Shown here: piece after piece, positions 33,661-44,603 of the stretch
How the letters are laid out: each line of letters begins with the position of its first letter
Numbering within the stretch: position 1 is the stretch's first letter
Assembly (NCBI GenBank): GCA_032718475.1
Contig: JAUCBJ010001450.1
Span: forward strand, 1 to 46,778
Direction: 5' to 3'
Origin: Nemertoderma westbladi
Taxonomy: Eukaryota > Animalia > Xenacoelomorpha
Length of the DNA: 46,778 bases
Notes under the pieces: generated by a model
What the model saw: the letters and a program-made list of their open reading frames with translations, nothing else
Told to the model about the DNA's origin: nothing
Databases searched by the model: none
Made by a program: the position numbers and the translations under genes

Positions 33661-35980
33661 GCATCGGCCCTTTCGCTGGTTCCAGCAACTTATAATCGAC
33701 TTCTAGACCGACTATATCGACTATAAGGAGCAATATACAGATATTTTCATTTTCTGTTTTGCATATCAACTGGTCAAATGTGCATAGAACGAGCTAATAA
33801 TGGTCACAGAAACTTCGAACTAATGCCTGCACCCAATTTATTGATAATGTCGAACAATATACACTCATTTTCAAAATAATGTTATTGTTATGTTATATGT
33901 TATTGCTTGTTAATTGTCCAGATTCCAGAAGCCACTACTACTACTATAATTGACCTGCTGCATTGAAGTTGTACATTGAGATGCTGTGCTTATGTAGGCT
34001 TGAAAAATAAAAACTTTTGCCACCACCATGAAATCCACAATTGGCGTGACCAATGCAGCATGAATTATGAATGCTATGCTGGCATATCAACAAAATTGAA
34101 GCTTAGCTCAAGTATCAAGAGGCGGCTATTTTCAAGCTTGTGGAGAAACAGTGAGACACCTGGAATGTTTATTGTACTTGACCTAAATCAGGGTCATCGA
34201 TCAGGGTCATAAATCTAGGTCATTGATCAAGAATATTTGCCACCTCTATGCAGCATAATGCTACTTAGACCCTCTTACTAAGGGCAAATCTGGTCCTGTA
34301 ACTAGGACCCCCTTCGTTCTGGGATAGGAACGCCTTTGGCCCTGGATTAAGGACCCATACACTCGGCTGCACGGGTATATGGCCTGGCCAGGCCGATGGT
34401 GATCTACCAATGGCTGGTCAGGAGTAGAGTGTTCTCATGTCCAATTGAGTGCACTTAACTGCGACCTGCACCTGGCAGCAGGGGCACAGGGCATGGCCTA
34501 GCAGATGAGTTGCACAGCCAATGGTGGTTCATGTGCATCAGAGTAGGTATGGGTAATGCGCCCAATTTCTGACTCCACTGCGACACCAACCCTGTGGAAT
34601 GGCAAACCAGGGTGTGGTATTTGTCCCAAGAGCTGACTCGACAAAAAAGCACCTCCAACCCCCACTATGGATTACATTAGTAATGCGGAGGTCCGGCCAC
34701 TAGAGGCCAGTTGAACTACCAGACACAATAGGCCTCACAGGCATCAGGTATCTCCTGACCGGCTGCCTGTCTCATCCCCTACTGGAGAGAGAGCTGCAAA
34801 CAATTTTGTGTGTCCCTTTATTGATGACCTTTCTGGTCCAAACCCTGGGTCACCAGGGAGGCCAGATTGTGAGGGGGAGAGGCATTCTGGAGTTTGAGGC
34901 TACTCTCATGTTCTGGAAGACTTTCTAAGAAGTCTCCTGTGGTTCTGATTGTGTGCTATTCTCCAACTAGTTTTGCCACAGTAGAGGAGGTGAAAAATTT
35001 CTGATGAAATTCCTGATGAAATTACTGCAGCAATCAGATCAGTATACGATGGTTCGACAACATTTGTGTCTACTGTTGACGGTGACACAGAACCATTTGA
35101 AGTGTTATGGGGCGTCCTCCAGGGAGACACACTTGCACCATTCTTGTTCATAATTGTGGTTGACTATGTTCTACGCATGTCCTTAGATCATCATAATGAT
35201 GACGGGGTGATGATAACTCCACCTATTGGCTCCAGAAGTCGAGGAAATCCAGCCAAGTACCTAACTGATCTATACTTTGTTGATGACTTAGGAGTATTCT
35301 CAGCATCACTAGAGGGAGCCCAACGGCTCCTCAGCTCATTGGAAAATGCAGCTTCTAGTGTTGGCCTTTTTGTTATCTCCAAGAAGACCACAATTTTGAC
35401 AGTTAACCTTGAAAGTCCTCAGCAAATGTCTGATCGTATGAGCATAAGCTCGAAGGATGGTATGATTTTAGTATGAGGTCGATTTTTGTTACCTGGAATC
35501 ATCGATCCGGAAGTCGGGTGAGGACCTTCGAATACTTAAGGGGAAGGCATGGGCAGCATTGAATGTTGAATGGGCTTTCCAGGATTTGGAAGTCACACAG
35601 AATACATCGGAAACTGTAGTAGTACCAGTATTCCGCTAAGGGTGCCCGTGCTGGGCTCTAACTGCGGAGGACGCCAAATCTCAGGATGGCACATTTACAA
35701 GTATGATACGTTAGGTTCACTATGTCAAGTATAATAAACAAAACACATAAACACAACATTATTTTAAAAATGAGTGTATATTGTTCCACATTATCAATAT
35801 ATTAGGTGCAGGCATTAGTTCGAAGTTTCAGTGTCCATTATTAGCTCGTTGCTATGCATATTTGACCAGTTGTTATGCAAATTGAACATGAAATTATCTG
35901 TATAGTCGGTATCTGTATAGTCGACATAGTCGGTCTAGAAGTCGATTACAAGTTGCTGGAACCAGCGAAAGGGCCGTTGC
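33661..35980. repeat. Pair of imperfect inverted repeats of about 235 bp (33661-33895 and 35745-35980) enclosing an RTE fragment
   Basis: GGCCCTTTCGCTGGTTCCAGCAACTT.TAATCGACTTCTAGACCGACTAT... is reverse-complemented at 35926-35975. AAACTTCGAACTAATGCCTGCACC is mirrored at about 35805-35828. Confidence 0.88.
35005..35735 (+). pseudogene. RTE-clade non-LTR reverse transcriptase remnant
   Basis: IPDEITAAIRSVY...GDTEPFEVLWGVLQGDTLAPFLFIIVVDYVLR...LTDLYFVDDL...AASSVGL..SKKT. Confidence 0.88.
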
Positions 35981-36827
35981 AAATATTATTCACCAGTAAA
36001 TTAGTTACATCTGATACACCGATCAGCTGTAGCCAACTGCTTCAAAAAAACCAACAATTGTTTAGATCGGAATTTGTGGGCAAAAACCTAAATTAATGAC
36101 GTATCTCGCTTAGACTAATAGGCCGCAACGCTGCAAAGTAGTACCTGAACGCTGTTAAGTTGACATAATGTAGCAAAATAGTATACTTTTTTAGCCACCA
36201 CTTAAATAATTATTGATGGTTTTTAATTGAAAATGTTTTGCAACATGGTAGGTGTAACATTTAAAATAAATTTTGTTCTAGATCAAATATTTGTTGGTCT
36301 ACATTATACAGTAACATCTTTAAAAATATTTACACTGTAGTACAACATTTAACCAAAATTAGCTAGTATAGAAAATTTTGAGGGGGGTGTGCCTTGATCA
36401 CAGTTAATCAAGGCCATCGTAATACAAGGCCTGCTCACCCCCCCCCCCCCCCCCCTCGATCAGCTGATCAAAGAAATCATACAATAAAATTATAATATTA
36501 CATAAATTGCTAGCCAGAGAATGCGTGTAAGAAGTGTACAGTATTTTCAATGCACAACAATGGTAATTACACAAGAGTCGAAACACTATAAAGAAATTAT
36601 TTTTTAATTTGATAATTTTTTAATTTGGTTTAAACTATTGTGCAATAACATAATGCTGTCTAATAGTTTGTGGAAATTTGATGTCACAAATTACCATGTA
36701 ATATTAAAAAAGTGAACAGTTCCGGCCGTGCCGTGCCAACATTTTCGTTGTTTTTTTCAACAAATTTTCATGCTTTTTTGTCAGTTTTTTTTCTTGATAA
36801 ATGTTCTAGAACGTACATTGACTGTGC

Positions 36828-37899
36828 GGCATTACTATGTTATGGGTACCCACTTTTTAACCAATTTTTTTTATATGAAAATGATCATGAGGTTTTATGT
36901 TCTAGAACAAATATTTAACCTTCTCCCAATAAGATGGTAGCTAGTAATTTTGATTTTGTGTTAGCTAGTACTTTTCATTAGGTAGTGAAAAAAAATATAA
37001 TTGAAAAATTGAAAAAAAAATTTGACCAACTTTTTTCCTGTTAAAATGGCTTTTATTATGAGGTTTTTTGTTCTAGAACAAATATTTGACCTTCTGACAG
37101 TAAGATGGTAGCTAGTACTTTTGATTTTGTGTTAGCTAGTACTATTTATTAGCTAGTAAAAAAATTTAAGATATAATTTAATTCTCAATTATATATTTGT
37201 CTGGAATAATTTATGAGTCTCATGGTAGGTAGTAGGGCCTAATTTTATTTGATAGTCACATTATAAGTAGCTAGTAATTATTAACTACCTGTAGCTAGTT
37301 TTTTATACAAATTTTTATACAATATTTTTTACAATATTTTTTTTACTATTCAGAAATGTAAATTATATACATTTTTATTATACTCAGTCTGAACACTACC
37401 TTTGCTTATCGTGTTTAATGATATTATTTTCTTGATCTTTTCCAGAGGATCCAAAAAATATTCTAGATTTATTTATCTTTTTATTAGTTATTTCGAGAAT
37501 AATATTGGTGATATTTAAATTGTCTAAATAAAAGGGTTTGTAATTTTAAGATCATTAGAAACACTAAAACTTTAAACTTTAAAAACACTAGCTACCATAA
37601 TAATAAATATTAGCTACCCTCTCACCGAAGGTGAAATGTATGTTCTAGAACACAAAACATCATGATAATATCCATCAACATGTTCAAAAATTGATCAAAA
37701 ATTAGGTACCAAAAATTTGGTTTTGTAATTTTAAAAACAGTACCTACTTAAAAATAACACGAGCTACCGTAAAAAAAACACTAGCTAACGTCTCACAGAA
37801 GTTGTCATTTATGTTCTGAAACAAAAAACCTCATGATAATAGCCATTAACATGGTCAAATAAATGGTCAAAAAGTGGGTACCCATAACATAGTAGTGCC
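36828..37899. mobile_element. Non-autonomous Merlin-like TIR element (MITE)
   Basis: TIRs GGCA(T/C)TACTATGTTATGGGTACCCACTTTTT; 8-bp TSD GACTGTGC/GACTGTTC (7 of 8 match). The TIR resembles that of the transposase-bearing element at 42224. Confidence 0.82.
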
Positions 37900-37921
37900 G
37901 ACTGTTCTAGAACTTTGAAAA

Positions 37922-38233
37922 TGTTAGCGGATCCAATTCGCTGCACCACCCAGCGGAGAATGGGGAAATCGTGATTTACGAATCACGATTGGATATGCAA
38001 TATTGCGTTTGAGTGTAGAAGTCAAATGGTTTTTAACCGTCGCCGTTGTTACTGCTATTATTGTACTATACTGATTGTGCTGTTAATTATACTCATATAT
38101 CTGACATTATCAATAAGCATAAACTATAAACTCAGTTATTATATCGGCCTTCGGCCTTTCAGTCCCTTTAACAGTCTTTCAGTAACCAAGTGGACGTGGC
38201 GACGCGTATACCCCATACTCGGATCCCGTCACA
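37922..38233 (+). mobile_element. Solo LTR (312 bp) of a family related to element 1
   Basis: TGTTAGC...GCGACGCGTA...GGATCCCGTCACA termini shared with the element-1 LTR. 5-bp TSD GAAAA at 37917-37921 and 38234-38238. Confidence 0.88.
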
Positions 38234-38684
38234 GAAAAAAGTTATAGAACATTTTAATGATGAATTTTCGATAATTATAAATCGTTAAATTTTATTATTT
38301 TTTTTGGCTATTTTGCCTTTTTTTCTATTGATAAGAGTTCTTGAACATTTATTAAAAATCTCCTAGAACATGTACCAAATGTTCTAGAACAATTTTATTT
38401 ACAATTTTCAATATAAAAATTTTAGAATATTTGGTTCTTTTAAAAAAAATTATTAAAATGATTGTTTAATTAAAAAAAAAAATGGAATACAGAACAACTA
38501 ACCATAGCAATAGCACTCTAGAACATTTTTTAAAATGTTAGCTAGGGCTAGTATTGAATACGTACAGTAGGCCTACACTATAATGGCATCAATAGTCAAT
38601 CGTCGACATCTATCGAGATCTATTTTTACTAGCTATAATTATAAATTCTTACTTGAGTACATAAACTTACTAAATATATGTTAA

Positions 38685-40289
38685 CCCTGTTAGTACCGGG
38701 CTATAAAATGTTGTACAAATCAATGTACAACAGTGTGTGGGGGGGGGGGGGGGGTCATATTGCCCCCCCCCCCCATCTAAATTCTACAAATCTTTACGAA
38801 AACGTATGATTTTTTGTTTGTACGTAGGTATTACTAGTCTAGATCCGACTGAAAAAAAAAAATTTCGAAAAAATGTACTGGGGTGGTTGGTTATATTGCA
38901 GCACCAAAATTACAAGTAATGCATAATTTTCACAAAATTTGAAAGTTACATTTTTCGGCTAATTATTTTTCAATGCAGCTTTTCTGGGGCGCAAAATACA
39001 TTGGAAAATATTTAAAAATGATATGATTACTATAAATATGGCTGTTTAGTCCTCTCTGCGTAGGAAAAAAAAACGAAAAAAACAAGTAACCCGCACTTTT
39101 CAGTTGGAACACAAAATTTTTAATTCACTTATACGATGCTATAAATTCACATTTTCAGGTTTTCTAGGGCGCTGATTCTAATGGAATACATTTCTAATGT
39201 GCCAGATCATTGCTACTTGTATTTTTCGGCGTAATTTGGAAAATTTTGGTGCTAGCACTAAATTTCGTACCCATCACCAAAAAGTACAAGTTTGCGATGT
39301 CCAGTGTTGTTTTTATTGATTCCATCGGATTCAGGACCCTCATAAACCCGTATAACCTAAGAAACAAGATGGTACTATCTACTGATCCATTTGCTTATTT
39401 TCCAAAATTTGGTGTTGGCACAACAATTTTCACCCACCAGCGAAAAATACAAGTTTGAAAACGCTTATGAAATTTTTACTGATTCCATTGAATTCAGAAC
39501 CCTCACAAACCCGTATAACGCAAGAAACAAGATGACACAATCAATTGATATATTTGATGGTTTTCAAAATTTGGTGCAATCACCAGATTTTGCTCCCACT
39601 TCCGAAAAATACAAGTTTGAGATGTCTAGTTAGATAATTATATATTCCATTGAATTCAGAACAGCCATTAACCTCTAAAACGCAAGAAATAAATTTCACA
39701 AGCAATTTTATCTATTGTATGGATTTTCAAAATTTCGTGCTAGCACCAAAATTTGCACACAGCACCGAAAATTACAAGTTTTATACGCTTGGTGCAACTC
39801 GTGTATATTCCAGCGAAACCAGAACCAAAAATCCCCAATTGCGTAAAAAACAAGTTTCAAACAATCAATTAACAAAATTTACATATTTCAAAATTTGGTG
39901 CTGGCACCAAAATTTGGCACCCGCCGAAAAAAACAAGTTTGAAATTTCTAAATCAATTTATATGAATTCCATCCAATTGCTAACACCAAAAAACCGGTGT
40001 AAATAAAAAATAGAGATGTTACAATTCATATTTAATGAAATGTAATTTTCAAAAAATGTCTCAAAAAAAGTGCCAAAAGTAGGGTTAAAAATGGTGCTAT
40101 AACTCGAAAACTACGCAATATTTTTGGAAACGGTTTTCGCTTCTAGAAAAACAATAGATTTTTAGGAAAAGTCATAAAATTTTAGATTCCCAACTGCGTT
40201 TGTTTCAGAATTATAATAAAAAACCACGGGGTGGGGGTGGGGGGGGGGGGGGGGGTCATATTGGCCCCCCCCCCCCGGGTTTAATAGGG
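38685..40289. mobile_element. Non-autonomous piggyBac-like element with an internal repeat of about 162 bp, 5 copies
   Basis: TTAA|CCCTGTTAGTACCGGG ... CCCGGGTTTAATAGGG|TTAA. G-run/GTCATATTG/C-run at both ends. AAAATTTGGTG..GCAC units at about 39241, 39404, 39566, 39728 and 39890. Confidence 0.82.
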
Positions 40290-41892
40290 TTAATTATACA
40301 AAAAAAGTATTAAAAAAAAATATATATAAATTTTTAAAAATGTTCTAGAACAACTAGAACACTATTTAACAAAAAAATAATTCGAAATATCCTAGAATAC
40401 TTCACACTAACAACACATTAATTGTATTAGCTAGTAAACTTATACACAGTTTAAAGCAAAATGAAAATGTTGGCACGGGCTGAACTATAGCCAAAAAAAT
40501 AATGAAATTATTTGTTCGGACCACGAACTGCATCAGCCAAATTAGATTAAGTTTTGATTGTTATTAGGCAGGGTGGGGGGACTTGATGCCAATCCCATCA
40601 ACGCCATGTTACAGTGGCACGTTATTCTCACCAAAACAATTAAAATATAACAAGCTATAATAATGTTGCGGACACATGATAATAATTCACTTTACTACGC
40701 TTATCTCCTAGTGGTATCACTTCCGTACATGTACACCAAATCTGGATTTTTTTAATGTATATTTTTTATGTGTTTTTGGTTTTAATTAGTGTTCTAGAAC
40801 ATAGTTGGACCTTCACACAATATTATGGTAGCCATTAAATATTTTTATGGTAGCTAGTATTCTGTGAAAATATCGCAAATAATAATTGTAGAATCATATA
40901 TTTGGTATTTTCATTTCTCTAAACTAACAAAAATCAAAGATCCTTCAGGGCCACTTAGCTGAGTACAGGTGGCGTTTGACAACGAGATGAAGTTCACTAC
41001 ACTACTTGGCACGAGTGTAGCCCGTGTCACCATTATTCTGCCTTTTTTATTGTTGTTTTATAGCCGTTTTTGGTTATTGATTTATGTTCTGGGACATATT
41101 GTGGACTCATTGATAAATATTTGTGGTAGCTAGTGTTTTTGATGTTAGCTAGTGTTTTTTTTTCATTATAGCTATTTTAAAAAATGTTGTTGAAATCACG
41201 GGTACTAGTGTGTTTTGTGCACCCCCCCCCCTCCCATTTTTTATACCTCATAGTATTTGTTACTTTTTTTAAAAAATGTTCGGAACATATTGTCTATTCT
41301 TTATTTTATTAATTTTGTTCTAGAACGAACAATTGTTGTTCTAGAACAAAATTAATTAATTAGGTATTTTTGAAGTTTTCAATGCTAGTTTTTTTATTTT
41401 ATTTTTTTTTAATGTTCTAGGACATTTCGTCTATTTATTTTTGTAAAAAGTAATGTCTATAACAAATATTTTTTGTTCTTGAACATTAAATTTAAACTAA
41501 ATAATAATACTAAATACTAAATAAATTTAAACTAAATATAAATTGAACATTTTTGTGGTGTTTTTTAGACTAGAGTTCCGTATGCAGTCGCACTCTGAAT
41601 ATACAATACTCGACTAGAGTTTGATATCAGAAATTTGCATAGTTAAAATCAGATTTCCGATCTACTGTGGGGCGACCACGCAGTCAGGGCGAGCCTAAGC
41701 GCACAATTATAATAGGGCAAAATTTCATGTCCGTCTGTCTGTCTGTCTGCCTGTTCGTCTGTAATGAAAAATTCATTCGTAAATAACTTTTGAAGATTTT
41801 AACAATTTTCAACCGAATTTTGTATGTGCATAGATTAAAACTAGATTAAATATTCCAATATTTTTGAAAGTTACTGGCAAATTCCTCTCGAA

Positions 41893-42223
41893 CTTTTGAC
41901 TCAATATCATATCGAACTTGTTTCGAACATGCTCAAGTTCGCGTCCCATGAACGTGTACTGTACATCTATCCTAATTAAGCTTAATACTAATACCCAATA
42001 AAGAAGAATGACAGGGCATTACGGTGCTTTGTGTCAGTTTTGTTTGAGGCTTGGAATTTCGCTTAACACCCCTTTAATTACTCCTAAATATTCCACCTAT
42101 CTTTGCCATTTTTTATTTAAAAACAAAGGGTTAAGCTTAATTAGGATAGATGTACAGTACACGTTCATGGGACGCGAACTTGAGCATGTTCGAAACAAGT
42201 TCGATATGATATGGAGTCAAAAG
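41893..42223. repeat. Near-perfect 93-bp inverted repeat (41893-41985 and 42131-42223) with a 145-bp spacer
   Basis: The arms are reverse complements, with one mismatch seen by eye. Confidence 0.92.
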
Positions 42224-42901
42224 GGTATTAGTATGACCTGTGACCCCACTTTTTGATGAAAAAAAATAACTAGTAATTTATGATATACTAGCTACATATG
42301 TTGGTATTATGTTTGCCCCACTCAAGTTCTGCATTCTGGAACATTTTTCTTGTGTTGCTATGGTAACCAAGTGTTGTAAATAATGATTTATTGAAGGTTA
42401 ATCGAATATGTTATTTAATGAATATAACAATGTAAATTGATTAGTTTTTTGTTTTTGAACTGAATTAAACAGATTTCTATAATTCGCTATTGTTTATTAG
42501 TGTTATCAGTTTGCTGAATGGGTCCTCCCTGTTGTAATTTCGCCACCAAAATTCAGCGAGATGATTCTGTAACAGGTTCTTATTGGTTCCTCTCTTCATC
42601 CTCGACTGAATATAATGTTCCAGAAAAACATAACTATGGTTTTTACACGCAAAATTAAGCAATTTTATTGTACATAAATTTTCAAAACTAACATTCTTAA
42701 AACGCCTTTTTTCTCCAAAATGGTAACCATGGCAACTGTCAAATAACATTCTGGAACATCGCAATAGATCGTTCTATCAAGTTAGTTTTTTTCAAAAAGT
42801 CTCCAAAAAAAAGAAAGAAATGAAAGAAAAGTCTCTATCTAAATATACTATCTAGTTAGTTTTTTTCATCAAAAAGTGGGGTCACAGGCCATACTAATAC
42901 C
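42224..42901 (-). mobile_element. Internally deleted Merlin (IS1595/ISXO2-like) DNA transposon
   Basis: TIRs of about 50 bp, GGTATTAGTATG.CCTGTGACCCCACTTTTTGATGAAAAAAA. The minus-strand ORF ends RGTNKNLLQNHLAEFWWRNYNREDPFSKLI, which resembles the Merlin transposase C-terminus. Confidence 0.8.
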
Positions 42902-44603
42902 CTTTATTGATATATTATATGATTAAATCCGTATTCGTCAGCTCGAGTAACACAACTTTGAAATATTGGTATGTTACCCATCAGCAATAAGAAAATACCA
43001 AAAAGTAAGACTTCCTATATCCGCTGATCGAGGTATTCTAGAATATAGTGAGCAGGCCTGGTATTAAGATGGCCTTGGTTTAATTCAACCTATTTTTTTA
43101 TATTTTATTTATCTAGGCTTATTTATCAAGACTTCGTTAAATTTTGACCTTTCTTCCTTCAACCTGCTTTAGTTTTAACGTGCTTTTATGACGTGTTTAA
43201 GTTTCAAATTTTATTTTAATATGCTAAATGTATCTATATCTACGCGCAATTTTTATTGATAATTAATTGTCGGTCAAGTAATAATTAATTATTATATTTT
43301 AACTGCTTCCGTATAGCACTACATTTTAAAAACAAATATCATTGTTACTATGGCAATGTTGAAGAGTTCTAGAACAATAGAAAAGTATTATATACTATAA
43401 TTCTAGACGTAAGGACATCTTTCGTTATGGCGGGTGAGAATATCGAAAGACCCTTACCCGATTCCTGAGTGCTCATCTAGTTGAATATCGACCTCCCTTC
43501 CCACTAGACCTCCGGTTTCGTTCAGGGATCCTGCCGTCGGATATTACCAGTCGAGGATATGTAGTAGACCCCAGTGGCAGTGTCGTGAATAAGAATGAAT
43601 GGCTTGCAAGTACGTTGCGAATAACGTAGACACCCATAATACAGTTTATCATTAATTCTTGCTTTTTGTTTACACATTGCTGGGGCATCAAACAAGTATT
43701 ATAAACGTATAATCCTGATTTTTCGAGGTAATATACTCCAAACATTAATTTATTCAAGATTGTGAAATATTATGAGATTATACTAGCTAGTAATCGATTG
43801 TACTCAAAAACTATACATATAAAATATTTAAAATGTAAAAACCTTGCGCTGCTATGCAAGGTGCAAATGCGATGGATGTATAGCTATACTTAATCTTCAC
43901 GTTTTGTACTGATTTTGGAGAGAATAAGCCTATAATAACGGATTTCAATTTCACTCCATAATGATGTCATTTTCTCATCAGTCTGTGTGGATTTACCCAA
44001 TAATAAAGTAGTACAAAGTGCCGTCCACATTTTATCCTTACACTCTATTTGATCATCTACCTTTAACAATCGTTGTCATACCACACTATGATTCAGTCGG
44101 TCGCCAATATTACATCCACTGTTATTACCCATCCTAATTATGTCCTTTATTGGTTTGGTATTATTCGCTCACACTCCCCCCTGTCAGCTTCTTGACACAA
44201 AAAGTAATACCAAACCAATCTTTTAATAACCCAATTTTAGCCTAAACTCATACCACACTATGCCTGACTATACTATACTATAATTGAGTTGAGATAATGT
44301 CTGGGAGACCTCAGGTGACCAAAAAACTATAGCTGACTAGTGATTGTCGTACGCCGTGTGAATGTCGTACTGACGGCACAATTCTAACTACTGGTACGCG
44401 ATACAAAAAACTAGCAAACACAGCAACCACTTTAACTGATCGTAAATTGGAATTCTTATATTTGCTGTGAGAACTCATTGTTTAGCATTATGTATAGTAG
44501 CTACCTGCGTGTCATTTCCTCTAATGTGATAATTTTAGCAATTTTTAAACGATTTTTGTCATAAATTACAATTATGCAGGTGATTGAGCAATAGATTGCT
44601 ATA

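Noticed and set aside
39210-40006. Short ORFs in the piggyBac-like element as transposase
   Set aside because: They are translations of the 162-bp internal repeat with no DDD motifs.
43420-43760. Possible exon or ORF upstream of the SLC6 gene
   Set aside because: Short, no recognisable homology, and splice sites not convincing.
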